Shown: positions 48,794 to 59,404, numbered from the stretch's first letter. The stretch is DNA of 64,000 bases from an uncultured Roseivirgaceae bacterium (GCA_964398945.1 CAYNOT010000019.1:34443-98442); one strand, 5' to 3'. Numbers and translations: made by a program. Notes: a model not told the origin generated them from the letters alone.

Positions 48794-51559
48794 ATGAAAA
48801 CACCGCAACTACATGGAATCAGTCCAGTTTCAAAAGGTCTTTTTGTCCTTTTCTGTGTTGTGGTGTCATCACACACTATCTGCGGGCAAACCCAACGCGC
48901 CAAAGACAGCCTCATTAACAAACTTAATTCAGCAAAATCAGCAGCGGAAAAAATCGATATCTTAAATGCACTGGCATACGAACACTACGATTTCGATGAC
49001 AGCACAGGATTCTATTATGCACGACAAGCGCTCGCGCTTGCGAAGAAAACTGAATATAAAACAGGACTCCAGTATGCTTATACCCTGGTGGGTGTTGGGT
49101 ATTTCGGCTTTGGTGATTACCCGAATGCCCTTAAAAACTTTGAGCTGTCACATGCTATCCCGCTTAATGAAAGCAATCTGGATCATTACCTCTACAATGT
49201 TATGCTTACCGGAAACGTAATGGCAGACATCGGCAAATATGATTCAGCAATGGTGATACTGGAACAGGGATTGCTTCTGGCTACCAAAAACAACCATGCA
49301 CGAATGTCAAGCATTTATAAAGCCATTGCACGCCTTCAATCCCGCTTGTGGCAAAATGATGCAGCATTAAAAAACATAAAAATAGCCGATTCGTTGCGAA
49401 CCGGGGATTCTGGGCATGACCAGACCGACATATCCTTTGTCTATGCTACCCTTTATTTAAACCAAGGCGATGTTGATAAAGCAGATGAATACATTGAAAA
49501 ATTATGCAATGCTGTGGTTGGCCTTGACGACTATTACCACCATTCACTTTGCTTATTGTTAAAAAGTGAATCAAGCCGTATTAAAGGTCAATATTCCATT
49601 GCGTTGAAATACGCGTTTGAGTCGCTGGAGATTACAGAACTATATAACTATCCTTATCTGCGTGCTCAAATATTTTTGAAAATTGGAAGCCTCTATTCAG
49701 AGACTTCCGAATATTCGATTGCCCTTGAGTTTTTGTTTCGTGCACTAAAGATTTCAGAAAAAAGTGGAATAGACCCGTTGAGCGCTGATGTGTATGCCGA
49801 ACTGGGTTGGATTTTCAAAGAGCAGAAAAATTTCAAAATGGCACTGGAATATATGGATCGATCCCAAAAAATCAGGGAACAAACCGGTGACAAGAAATCC
49901 ATTGCCAGTTCGCATAATTATCGTGGGTTGATTTATTTTTTACAGAAACAATACAAGGAAGCCATAACAGAACATGAACTGGCGAAAACTATTCGCGAGT
50001 CCATTGATTATCAGGAAGGCATAGCGGCTTCCCTCTTTAATATTGCGTTGATATACGAAGAACAGGGCAACCTTGCCAAAGCACTTGAATTGCAACTCCA
50101 GGGGCTGGCGATTGATGAGGCATACGGTTATCCTTTAAACATCAACCATTCTTATTTAGGAATAGCGAAGCTCCTGATACGCCTTAATCGGCTCAATGAA
50201 GCAGAATCATTTTTGAATAAATCATCAAAACTCGCGGAACAAACAAAATCCAAGACCATCAGGCGCGCCAATTACGATACGTTTATTTCTTTCTATGAAG
50301 CAAAGGGGGATTTTAAAAAAGCATTTGAGTATAATCAAAAATTAAGGTGGCTAAACGATAGTATTTTCAGTGAGAACAGTAGCCTGAAAATTGCCGAGAT
50401 GCAATCCCTTTACGATGTGGAGCGTAAAGAGCAACAGATTCAACTGCTCTCGAAAGAAAGTGAATTGCAATCCAACCAATTGGCGTTGCAGAAAGCAAGG
50501 TTGGCCAACCAAAGTATTATCATTATCTCAGGAAGCATAACCCTAATCCTGATTGCCGGGGTGTTGGTATATATCATTAGGACCAATAGAAGGCTTAAAA
50601 AGGCGCAATTCGATTTGGCAGAAATGAATGAAGAACTGCTGACACAATCGGAAGAGTTGCGGGAGTCAAATGAATCGCTTGTTGAGGTAAACCATAGGAT
50701 CATGAAGCAACAAGATGAAATACAGCAACAGTCAGAAGAATTGAAAAGCATCAACAACGATTTGGAGGCAAAACGAAATGAAATTGAAGCCCAGGCCGAA
50801 GAACTCCGTGAAGCAAACGAAACCATCTCTACCATCAACCAACACCTCGAAGAAAAAGTAGAAGAACGCACCGAACAACTCAAGCAAGCGTACATCGAAT
50901 TGGATACTTTCTTTTATCGCTCATCGCATGACTTCCGCAGGCCCATTACAACATTTATCGGATTGGCCGAAGTGGCAAAAATCACTTCGAAAGATGAGGC
51001 TACCCTTGAACTATTTTCCAAAGTGAAGGAAACCGCATTGAGCCTGGACAGGATGATTCGAAAACTTCAAACGATCAGCGATGTGGGTGCACAAAAAATG
51101 GTGTTCAAAGAAATCCTTGTAAAAGAATTGATTGCCAGTATCCTTGACACCCATCATGAGGAATTAAGTGCGAAGAAAATTAAAGTAACCGAAGAAATTG
51201 AATTAAAGGAAACATTCAAATCGTATGGAGCGTTGGTAAATGTGATCCTGGAAAACCTGATCGAGAATGCGATTCAGTTTGCCACCCCGCTTGATCCCTT
51301 TATTAAAATCCGCGCAAGCATGAACGGTGGTTTTATCATTTTGGAAGTAGAAGACAATGGCCAGGGGATTCCTGATGAATACCACGAACGGATTTTTGAT
51401 ATGTATTTCCGCGCCAGCATTTCGTCAAAAGGAAATGGCCTGGGATTGTACATTGTTAAAAAAGCAGTAGATAAGTTAGAGGGGACCATCCGGTTCAAAA
51501 CCACCATCAACGAAGGCACATGCTTTACTGTTGAACTTCCTACAATGCAGCATTCTTAA
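48794..51559 (+). CDS. TPR-repeat sensor histidine kinase with a long coiled coil
   Basis: Signal peptide, about 12 TPR-like repeats, one TM (IIIISGSITLILIAGVLVYII), EEL-rich coiled coil, H-box SSHDFRRPI, G-box GNGLGLYIVKK. Confidence 0.9.
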   Translation: MKTPQLHGISPVSKGLFVLFCVVVSSHTICGQTQRAKDSLINKLNSAKSAAEKIDILNALAYEHYDFDDSTGFYYARQALALAKKTEYKTGLQYAYTLVGVGYFGFGDYPNALKNFELSHAIPLNESNLDHYLYNVMLTGNVMADIGKYDSAMVILEQGLLLATKNNHARMSSIYKAIARLQSRLWQNDAALKNIKIADSLRTGDSGHDQTDISFVYATLYLNQGDVDKADEYIEKLCNAVVGLDDYYHHSLCLLLKSESSRIKGQYSIALKYAFESLEITELYNYPYLRAQIFLKIGSLYSETSEYSIALEFLFRALKISEKSGIDPLSADVYAELGWIFKEQKNFKMALEYMDRSQKIREQTGDKKSIASSHNYRGLIYFLQKQYKEAITEHELAKTIRESIDYQEGIAASLFNIALIYEEQGNLAKALELQLQGLAIDEAYGYPLNINHSYLGIAKLLIRLNRLNEAESFLNKSSKLAEQTKSKTIRRANYDTFISFYEAKGDFKKAFEYNQKLRWLNDSIFSENSSLKIAEMQSLYDVERKEQQIQLLSKESELQSNQLALQKARLANQSIIIISGSITLILIAGVLVYIIRTNRRLKKAQFDLAEMNEELLTQSEELRESNESLVEVNHRIMKQQDEIQQQSEELKSINNDLEAKRNEIEAQAEELREANETISTINQHLEEKVEERTEQLKQAYIELDTFFYRSSHDFRRPITTFIGLAEVAKITSKDEATLELFSKVKETALSLDRMIRKLQTISDVGAQKMVFKEILVKELIASILDTHHEELSAKKIKVTEEIELKETFKSYGALVNVILENLIENAIQFATPLDPFIKIRASMNGGFIILEVEDNGQGIPDEYHERIFDMYFRASISSKGNGLGLYIVKKAVDKLEGTIRFKTTINEGTCFTVELPTMQHS

Positions 51560-51610
51560 AAAAAGAAAAGCCCCAAATTTCTTCGAGGCTTTCTGCAATT
51601 TTAATCCCTG

Positions 51611-52156
51611 TTATCCTTTTGCAAGCTGCGTATTGATGTGGATTTTAACTTCCTCACCAACCAACATGCCACCTGCTTCGGTAATCGTATTCCAATTCAA
51701 ACCAAAATCTTTGCGGTTGATCTTGCCGTTGATCTCAAAGCCTGCTTTCGTATTTCCCCAGGGGTCTACCATGATGCCACCAAAATCAACATCCAAAGTA
51801 ATTGATTTGGTGATGTCGCGAACGGTCATGTCCCCAACCAGTGAATAATCTTCTCCACGCTTATTCAATACACCTTCAAATTTCAAATGTGGATATTGAT
51901 CTGCTGCGAAAAAATCTGCCGATTTCAAATGCGCATCGCGATCAGCCTGGTTCGTATCAATGCTATTGGCATCCAACGAAAAATTTACTTTTGCACCATC
52001 GAAATCATCCGATCCGGTTTCCAATGCCCCTTCAAATTTTTTAAAGAAACCTGTTACTGTTGAAATAACAAGGTGCTTTACTTTGAATTGAACTTCAGTG
52101 TGTGTTGGGTCAATTGCCCAAGTAGTGGTTGTTAAATTTTCTGTTGCTGTTCCCAT
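51611..52156 (-). CDS. YceI family protein
   Basis: WAIDPTHTEVQFKVKHL motif. Start moved to MGTATEN (cat at 52154-52156). Confidence 0.85.
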   Translation of the reverse strand: MGTATENLTTTTWAIDPTHTEVQFKVKHLVISTVTGFFKKFEGALETGSDDFDGAKVNFSLDANSIDTNQADRDAHLKSADFFAADQYPHLKFEGVLNKRGEDYSLVGDMTVRDITKSITLDVDFGGIMVDPWGNTKAGFEINGKINRKDFGLNWNTITEAGGMLVGEEVKIHINTQLAKG

Positions 52157-52283
52157 CTTTAAAATATTTATGTTAGAAATCTTTTTTAAGCCATTTGGCC
52201 TTTTTTTGACACAAAGGTATGGGGATCTTTTCCGGAACAACTTGAACCAGGTTAAGTTAAAAGGTCAATCGTCTTGAACCAGG

Positions 52284-52871
52284 TTAAGATTTACCCTTGG
52301 CGCGATTCCTTCTGACCTTGCTCAAAAATTCGGGCGTAATTCCCAGGTAGGAAGCAATGTATTTGAGCGGAACAAATTGCTCTAGTTGAGGATACTGGCG
52401 TTGAAATTTTTGATACCGCTCATCCGCTGTATGGGTAAATGCCTGAATGATCCTGTTTTGGTGCGTGACCAATGAGTTCTGAAAAATAATACGAAAGTAC
52501 TTTTCAAATACAGGATACCGCTCCAGCAACTCATCCATTCTTATTTTAGGGAGCAACAAAAGTTCACAAGATGTAAGTGCGCGGGTGGCATAAGACGAAG
52601 GCTTGCCACTGTTCAAGCTACTTAAATCCCCCGTCCACCACCCGCTGGTGGAAAATTGAATCACCTGGTCAGCACCGGACTTTTGTGTAAAGTACGTCAT
52701 CAAACATCCGGTGTTCACAAAAATCATATTCTGCGCAACTGCACCTGCCACTTCGGCAAATCCCCCTTGTTCCAGCCGGGTGGGGATTAGAATAGCCGAG
52801 AGGAATTTTTCTTCCTCATCGGATAAGGAAATATGTTGCTTGATATGCGAACCTATAATTTGGACATTCAT
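52284..52871 (-). CDS. Crp/Fnr family transcriptional regulator
   Basis: cNMP-binding-like N-terminal domain and C-terminal HTH (IASYLGITPEFLSKVRR). Confidence 0.85.
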   Translation of the reverse strand: MNVQIIGSHIKQHISLSDEEEKFLSAILIPTRLEQGGFAEVAGAVAQNMIFVNTGCLMTYFTQKSGADQVIQFSTSGWWTGDLSSLNSGKPSSYATRALTSCELLLLPKIRMDELLERYPVFEKYFRIIFQNSLVTHQNRIIQAFTHTADERYQKFQRQYPQLEQFVPLKYIASYLGITPEFLSKVRRNRAKGKS

Positions 52872-52922
52872 GCTTTTGCCACTACTTCAAAAGTAAAATT
52901 CAGAAAATCAAAATACTTACGC

Positions 52923-53507
52923 CTAAAAGAAGTATCCAACACGATAGGTTACAGGTGCGATGTACGGTGAGTTGTCTTCCCGTTCATAAAGAAAATTGTA
53001 CAGGAGTTGAAAACTTATTCCACCTCGGCCTTTTTTACCAAAGCTCCTAATGTACCCCAATCCTGCAAACAGTGATTGAACATGATCCGTTTGAATGGAT
53101 GCTTCCTGATTCGCAATTGCCAAAACATATTCAGAATTTAAATACTCCCACTCCGACCAAAAATAAATCCGTTTGGTAAGGTTTGCCCTTGCAAAAATAT
53201 TGGGGCCGTTTGTATTTAAGTTTTTCCCATAAATACGATTGCGGTGATAGATATACCGATACCCAACCCCGGTAGTTAGGGTTTTTGGGAAATGATAGGC
53301 CAGAAGAGGCGAGACTTCCAAAAATGTTTCTTTTGAATTGATCCAAAACCCTGTTGACCCGCCAAGCGAAAGCCGCTTTATGAAGGGGCGTGTGTCCCTT
53401 CTTACTTTGGTGGTGTGCGTGGTGTCCGTTGCAATAGAATCCGTTTGTTGACCGAATACAATCCCGGAAACAAACACCAAGAATACTGTAATACAAAATC
53501 TATTCAT
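52923..53507 (-). CDS. hypothetical outer-membrane beta-barrel protein
   Basis: Signal peptide, alternating beta strands, C-terminal YRVGYFF (terminal Phe). Confidence 0.55.
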   Translation of the reverse strand: MNRFCITVFLVFVSGIVFGQQTDSIATDTTHTTKVRRDTRPFIKRLSLGGSTGFWINSKETFLEVSPLLAYHFPKTLTTGVGYRYIYHRNRIYGKNLNTNGPNIFARANLTKRIYFWSEWEYLNSEYVLAIANQEASIQTDHVQSLFAGLGYIRSFGKKGRGGISFQLLYNFLYEREDNSPYIAPVTYRVGYFF

Positions 53508-53693
53508 AGAGATAAAATAAGTAATAGCGCCAAACTGATCCCTGGCAATAAAATTGAAATTATCTCAATTGGCCGTCATTTTCAAAATCCACAACAAAAA
53601 TAAAAATATAGGCAACGCAATTGGTTCAAAAAACCAATCGGGATTCCCTTGATATCAGTAAATTGAGGCGCGTTTAAATTTAATTCCGATACT

Positions 53694-56414
53694 GTGTCTT
53701 ATCAGAAAAAACTATTCCTGCTCGATGCGTACGCATTGATTTACCGTGCCCATTTTGCCTTTACAAAAAACCCGCGCATCAACAGCAAAGGCCACAATAC
53801 CTCTGTTCCGTTCGGGTTCACCAATACGTTGCTGGAAGTCTTAACAAAACAAAAGCCTACCCACATTGCCGTTGCTTTTGATACAGCGAAGCCAACCTTT
53901 CGCGATGAGATTTTTAAAGAATACAAAGCGAACCGCCAGGAAACCCCGGAAGACATCCGGTATGGTATCCCTAAAGTAAAAGAGATTATTAAAGGCTTTA
54001 ACATCCCTATCATTGAACTGGATGGTTATGAGGCCGATGATATTATCGGTACACTTGCTTACAGTGCCAACACAAAAGGTTTTGAAGTTTTTATGATGAC
54101 ACCCGATAAAGATTTCGGGCAACTCGTCACCGAAAATGTACACCTCTACAAGCCAGCCTATATGGGCAACGCAGTAGACGTGATGGGGCCAAAAGAAGTC
54201 TGTGAAAAATGGGATATCGAAAATGTATCGCAGGTAATGGACATGCTCGGCCTGCAAGGCGATGCTTCCGATAACATCCCGGGCATTCCTGGCATTGGGC
54301 CCAAAACCGCTTCCACACTTTTAAAAAAATACGGCAACATAGAAGGCATTATTGCCAATAGCCACGAACTGAAAGGAAAGCAAAAAGAATTGGTGGAAAC
54401 TTTTGGCGACCAGGCTTTGCTCTCAAAAAAATTGGCCACCATCATTATTGATGTTCCCATAGTTTTTGATGAAAAAGAATTGGAATATAACGGCCCGAAT
54501 GAAGCGGTGCTGAAACCTATATTTGAAGAACTTGAGTTTCGTACGATGGGGGCACGCGCTTTCTCTGATTCAAATGTGGCAACACCAAAACGCAACCGCC
54601 CTTCTCAACTTTCCATGTTTGATGGAGGCGGTGAAGATGATGATGAACCTGTTGTGGAAAAGGTTTCGCTTAAAGATCAAAAAACCGTATACCAACTTGT
54701 TGATTCACCCGAAAAACTGAAGGCGCTGGCTGCAACATTGGCATCTTCAAAATCTTTTTCAATGGAAGTGGGAACAAACGACCTGCCCAACTTTGATTTT
54801 GATATGACCGGCATTGCCTTCGCAACAAAAGCAGGCGAAGCATTCTATATTCCTATCAACAAAAAAGATACTTCCATTCTAAAAGCGTTGGAAGATAGTT
54901 TTGCAAACCCAAAAATTGAAAAGGTTGGCCATAACCTGAAAGCATCTTTGCTGGCATTGAGTGTGTATGATATCGAAGTGCAAGGACCACTTTATGACAC
55001 CCTGCTATGCCATTATTTGATTGAACCCGAAGCTGCCCACGACCTGGAAATCTTAAGTGCACAGTATCTTCACTATACACTACTGCCTGGAGGTGAAGCA
55101 TCAATTGCTGATCGGTTGTGTGAACGTGTCGACCAAATCCTGAAATTAAAACCCGAACTTGATAAAGAGCTGAAAGAGAAGAATGCTGATAAACTTTTTC
55201 AGGAAGTGGAAATGCCATTGGTAGCCGTGCTCGCGGCTATGGAAGCAGAGGGTGTGAAGGTGGATGAAGATGCTTTGAAGAAAATGTCGGATAGCTTGCG
55301 GGACGATAGTGAAAAAGTGCAGGAAGAAATTTATGCTGCTGCCGGAGCACAATTCAATATCGCTTCACCAAAACAATTGGGGGAAATCCTTTTTGATAAA
55401 ATGAAGCTGATCGAAAAGCCAAAGAAAACCAAGACCGGGCAATATGCAACCGGGGAAGATGTGTTGAGCAAACTCGCAAACGAGCATGCCATCGTAAAAA
55501 AAATACTGGACTTCCGTGAATACGAAAAACTACGCTCTACTTATGTTGATGCGCTCCCTCGTATGATCAGCAAACGTGATGGAAGGATCCATACCGATTA
55601 CCGGCAAGCGGTGGCTGCCACCGGACGCTTAAGTTCCAATAATCCCAATCTCCAAAATATTCCAATCCGTACCGAAAAAGGAAGGTTGATCAGGAAAGCA
55701 TTCATTTCGCGCAATACCGATTATCTTTTTATGTCTGCCGATTATTCGCAAATCGAATTGCGCATCGCTGCTTCTTTTGCTAATGACCAAACCATGATTG
55801 AGGCTTTCAAAAGCGGAAGGGACATCCACACCACTACTGCTGCAAAAGTCTTCAATGTGCCTGTGGAAGAAGTAACTGCCGACATGCGAAGGAAAGCGAA
55901 AGAAGTGAACTTTGGTATCCTTTATGGAAGCACAGCGTTTGGCCTTTCCCAAAATCTAAATATTCCACGATCAGAAGCAGCCGAAATTATCAGCGCCTAT
56001 TTCAAAGAATTCGCAGCGATCAAAAAATACATGGATGATTCCATTAACATGGCGAAAGAAAAAGAATACGTAGAAACCATTCTTGGTAGGAGAAGGTATC
56101 TGCGCGATATTAATTCACGCAACCAAACCACGCGTGGTTTTGCAGAACGCAATGCAATCAATGCACCCATTCAGGGAAGTGCAGCCGATATTATTAAAGT
56201 GGCGATGGTGAATATCCACAATTGGTTAAAGAAAGAAAACCTCAAAACCAAAATGACGATGCAGGTCCATGATGAGCTTGTGTTTGACGTCCATAAAGAT
56301 GAAGTAGAGCTTGTAAAAGAAAATGTGATCCGGCTAATGAAGGATGCGGTTGCGCTGAAAGTGCCGATGGAGGTGGAAGTAGGTGTAGGACAAAACTGGC
56401 TGGAGGCCCATTAA
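53694..56414 (+). CDS. polA: DNA polymerase I
   Basis: 5'-nuclease, 3'-5' exonuclease-like and polymerase domains. Motifs DYSQIELR, RRKAKEVNFGILYG, QVHDELVF. GTG start. Confidence 0.95.
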   Translation: MSYQKKLFLLDAYALIYRAHFAFTKNPRINSKGHNTSVPFGFTNTLLEVLTKQKPTHIAVAFDTAKPTFRDEIFKEYKANRQETPEDIRYGIPKVKEIIKGFNIPIIELDGYEADDIIGTLAYSANTKGFEVFMMTPDKDFGQLVTENVHLYKPAYMGNAVDVMGPKEVCEKWDIENVSQVMDMLGLQGDASDNIPGIPGIGPKTASTLLKKYGNIEGIIANSHELKGKQKELVETFGDQALLSKKLATIIIDVPIVFDEKELEYNGPNEAVLKPIFEELEFRTMGARAFSDSNVATPKRNRPSQLSMFDGGGEDDDEPVVEKVSLKDQKTVYQLVDSPEKLKALAATLASSKSFSMEVGTNDLPNFDFDMTGIAFATKAGEAFYIPINKKDTSILKALEDSFANPKIEKVGHNLKASLLALSVYDIEVQGPLYDTLLCHYLIEPEAAHDLEILSAQYLHYTLLPGGEASIADRLCERVDQILKLKPELDKELKEKNADKLFQEVEMPLVAVLAAMEAEGVKVDEDALKKMSDSLRDDSEKVQEEIYAAAGAQFNIASPKQLGEILFDKMKLIEKPKKTKTGQYATGEDVLSKLANEHAIVKKILDFREYEKLRSTYVDALPRMISKRDGRIHTDYRQAVAATGRLSSNNPNLQNIPIRTEKGRLIRKAFISRNTDYLFMSADYSQIELRIAASFANDQTMIEAFKSGRDIHTTTAAKVFNVPVEEVTADMRRKAKEVNFGILYGSTAFGLSQNLNIPRSEAAEIISAYFKEFAAIKKYMDDSINMAKEKEYVETILGRRRYLRDINSRNQTTRGFAERNAINAPIQGSAADIIKVAMVNIHNWLKKENLKTKMTMQVHDELVFDVHKDEVELVKENVIRLMKDAVALKVPMEVEVGVGQNWLEAH

Positions 56415-56438
56415 CCCCGGGACTAAGCCCGGGGTTTT
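56413..56438 (+). terminator. rho-independent terminator of polA
   Basis: AACCCCGGG-actaag-CCCGGGGTT, a 9-bp GC-rich stem overlapping the stop codon and running into TTTT. Confidence 0.75.
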
Positions 56439-56456
56439 AACCGGAAACTAACAACA

Positions 56457-56499
56457 TTGTAAGTTACATTCTTGTAAGTTACATCTTTGTAAGTTACAT
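56457..56499 (+). promoter_or_regulatory. three tandem 15-bp units, each containing the perfect palindrome TGTAAGTTACA (candidate operator array)
   Basis: TTGTAAGTTACAT at 56457-56469, 56472-56484 and 56487-56499. A degenerate fourth unit (ATGTTAGTTATGG) covers the ATG at 56502. Confidence 0.6.
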
Positions 56500-56501
56500 T
56501 T

Positions 56502-57638
56502 ATGTTAGTTATGGATATCCCCTTTATATATGGTCGTGTGGTCGAAGATGAGAATTTCATCAACCGAACAGAAGAAATAAAGAAGCTCAGTCAAAACTTC
56601 CGATCAGGTTTAAACACCATCATCGTATCACCCAGGCGATGGGGCAAGTCCTCGCTCGTTAAGAAGGTGGTAGGAAATATTCCGCGTACCCAAATCCGAA
56701 CGTGTCAACTTGATCTATTCAACATCCGAACGGAAAAGGAGTTTTACGAATCTTATGCACGTGAAGTCCTGAAATGCTCTTCAACTAAATGGCAAGACTG
56801 GATTGAAAATGGAAAAGAGTTTTTAAAAGGGATCATTCCTCAATTCTCAATAGGGGCCGATCCTATACATGATTTCAATATTTCCTTTGATTTTAAGGAA
56901 CGGAATAAAAGTAAAATTGAGATTATTAACCTTCCGGAAAAGATCGCACAAAAAAAGAAAATCAAAATTGTTGTTTGCATAGATGAATTTCAGAACATCT
57001 CTTTCTATAACGATCCGTTGGGATTTCAAAAACAGCTGCGAGCCGGATGGCAACACCATACCCAAACAAGCTATTGTTTATACGGTAGCAAACGACACAT
57101 GATCACTGAAATGTTTGAAAACAAATCCATGCCTTTCTACAAATTCGGGGATTTGATGTTTTTAAAAAAGATTGAAACAAATCATTGGCTAGCCTACATC
57201 GCGGATTCATTCAAGCAAACAAAAAAAACAATTACGCATGAGGCCATTCATCAAATTGTGAAAACCGCGCAAAACCATCCGTATTTTGTTCAACAATTGG
57301 CACGTAAAGTTTGGAACACGACAGGCAAAAAGGCGGATGAGAGCACGGTGTCCCTCGCAATTGACGATCTCCTCCACGAAAATTCCATCTTATATTTAAG
57401 GGAAATAGAAAACCTTAGCAACACACAGATTAATTTCTTACAAGCGATAAGTGAAAATATAAAACAACTAAGTTCTGCACAAACATTGAAGACTTACAAG
57501 CTTGGCACATCTGCTAACGTTCAGCGTATCAAAGCATCCCTGGAACAAAAAGAAATCATCGACTTCATGGAAACAGCACCGGAATTTATCGATCCATTTT
57601 TTCAACTTTGGTTAATGCGTATTTACTTTAAAAAATGA
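56502..57638 (+). CDS. orphan P-loop ATPase (archaeal-ATPase/ATPase_2-like with helical C-terminal region)
   Basis: PFIYGRVVEDENFINRTEE N-terminus, Walker A SPRRWGKSS, Walker B VVCIDEFQ. The start may be Met4 (56511). Confidence 0.75.
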   Translation: MLVMDIPFIYGRVVEDENFINRTEEIKKLSQNFRSGLNTIIVSPRRWGKSSLVKKVVGNIPRTQIRTCQLDLFNIRTEKEFYESYAREVLKCSSTKWQDWIENGKEFLKGIIPQFSIGADPIHDFNISFDFKERNKSKIEIINLPEKIAQKKKIKIVVCIDEFQNISFYNDPLGFQKQLRAGWQHHTQTSYCLYGSKRHMITEMFENKSMPFYKFGDLMFLKKIETNHWLAYIADSFKQTKKTITHEAIHQIVKTAQNHPYFVQQLARKVWNTTGKKADESTVSLAIDDLLHENSILYLREIENLSNTQINFLQAISENIKQLSSAQTLKTYKLGTSANVQRIKASLEQKEIIDFMETAPEFIDPFFQLWLMRIYFKK

Positions 57639-58585
57639 TGATGATCACAAAAGAAACCATTCAACAAGCACACGAACGGATCAAGCCGTATGTAAAAAAC
57701 ACACCGGTGCTGACCAACGATGTAATCAATGAGCTGGTAGGGGCAGAAGTTTTTTTCAAGTGTGAAAATTTACAACACATTGGTGCCTTCAAAGCACGTG
57801 GCGCCATGAATGCAGCATTATCATTATCAAAAGAAGAGCTTGCAAAAGGAGTAGCTACCCACTCATCCGGAAACCATGCACAGGCATTGTCGCGGGCAGC
57901 CAAGATGCTGGGAATTGATGCGCACATTGTGATGCCACGTACCGCTCCGGAAATCAAAAAGAAAGGCGTACGCTATTTTGGTGGAAGAATCTATGAATGC
58001 GAACCTACACTTGAAGCACGTGAGACAACACTGGCCTCCGTTATCAAAGAAACGAGGGCTACGGAAATACATCCCTTCAACAATAAAGCGATCATTACAG
58101 GACAAGCCACTGCTGCAGTTGAATTTTTTGAAACCACAACGTTGGATTATTTATTGGTGCCCGTAGGTGGTGGTGGGATGCTGAGTGGAACTGCACTGGC
58201 CGCCCATTACTTTTCACCGAATACTATTGTCATTGCAGGTGAACCGGAAGGCGCAGACGATGCATATCGTTCGATGCAAAGTGGAAAAATCGAAGAAGTG
58301 TTACCAAACAGTATTGCAGACGGGTTGTTGACGAAGTTAGGAGACAAGACCTTTCCGATCATTCGCGATTATGTTAAAAAAGTTATTACCGTAAGTGATC
58401 AGGAAATTGGCGAGGCCATGCGGTTGCTCTGGGAGGAATTAAAATTGATTGTAGAACCCTCCGCAGCCGTACCTGTTGCCGCTGTACTAAAAAACAAAAC
58501 AGAGTTTACAGGAAAGAAAGTCGGGATTATTTTATCCGGTGGAAATGTTGACCTGGCGCGGGCATTTAAATTGATGAATATTTGA
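57635..58585 (+). CDS. PLP-dependent threonine/serine ammonia-lyase family enzyme (serine racemase/dehydratase-like)
   Basis: FFKCENLQHIGAFKARGA (PLP Lys), GGGGMLSG. The start overlaps the ATPase stop (ATGA). Confidence 0.85.
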   Translation: MMMITKETIQQAHERIKPYVKNTPVLTNDVINELVGAEVFFKCENLQHIGAFKARGAMNAALSLSKEELAKGVATHSSGNHAQALSRAAKMLGIDAHIVMPRTAPEIKKKGVRYFGGRIYECEPTLEARETTLASVIKETRATEIHPFNNKAIITGQATAAVEFFETTTLDYLLVPVGGGGMLSGTALAAHYFSPNTIVIAGEPEGADDAYRSMQSGKIEEVLPNSIADGLLTKLGDKTFPIIRDYVKKVITVSDQEIGEAMRLLWEELKLIVEPSAAVPVAAVLKNKTEFTGKKVGIILSGGNVDLARAFKLMNI

Positions 58586-58660
58586 TTGCGCGACATTTCA
58601 CACTGCCGGGCAGATCGTTTCCTTACAACATTAAAATGCTCATAGGATATCTTTCATGTT

Positions 58661-59404
58661 CTAAAGTACATATTCCCTTTCATCTTCAATTTCATTTCTG
58701 TCAAATTTTTCAAAGTAATCTAATCCACGTTGATCTAGTGACATAACACGGCCGCGAGCCCTTTTTTCCAAAAATTCCTCGTAAGATTTTATCGCATAAT
58801 GATTGATCCTGATTTTCTCATGTATAGGAGTTCGTTTTAAAAAATATTGACGTATAGAATGACCACGTGCGTCAACATTCTGACCAGCAAAGGTTGTGGA
58901 ATGATGTGATGAAATGAAATTCAAAGTGAGACGCGGGTTTACGATAGTCTTGACATACCTGTTCAATTCGTGATCAGGTTGAGAATGCGTACGGAACCGT
59001 TCCATAACCTTTCCTGGCTTACGTATTTTTTCTCCTCCACTTCCGTAGCATAACCAGTTAATTTCTATTGCAGAAAATCCTTCGAAATTTCTTAAAAATT
59101 CAGGTATGGTCTTATGTTCAATGGGTACAATGAATTCATCTAAATCAATGAAAGCAATCCACCGGCAATCATAGCGATGGTTGGCAAGACAATCATCATA
59201 CGCTACAGGTAGCATCTTTTTTCCAGCAATGAAATGATACTCTACTAATCCTGAATCCAAATATGGTTGCAAAATTTTCCGCGTGTCGTCTTCGGATTCA
59301 TTATCGTAAATATAAAACTTCTCAACACCAAGCGCCTTGTGCCATTCGATCCATTCGTTGAAATAGGGGCCTTCATTTTTCGCAATTGCACATATTGCTA
59401 AATA
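58661..59404 (-). pseudogene. GT92-like (Glyco_tranf_2_4-type) glycosyltransferase, C-terminal part, separated from its N-terminal part by an IS
   Basis: The reading frame continues upstream of the ORF-track Met: LAICAIAKNEGPYFNEWIEWHKALGVEKFYIYDNESEDDTRKILQPYL... It ends abruptly at the IS left end. Confidence 0.8.

Noticed and set aside
50612-50890. Repeated SEEL/AEEL motifs (QSEELRESNESL, QSEELKSINNDL, AEELREANETI)
   Set aside because: This is protein-level heptad repetition in a sensor-kinase coiled coil, a known style in Bacteroidota kinases. It is not a DNA repeat element or a separate feature.
50440-50895. 151-aa Ser/Cys-rich minus-strand ORF
   Set aside because: Antisense to the Glu/Leu/Gln-rich coiled-coil segment of the TPR histidine kinase. 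Its composition is the mirror image of EEL codons.
53131-53496. 121-aa minus-strand ORF in an alternative frame
   Set aside because: It overlaps the 194-aa beta-barrel gene on the same strand in another frame. The longer ORF has a signal peptide and a C-terminal Phe signature.
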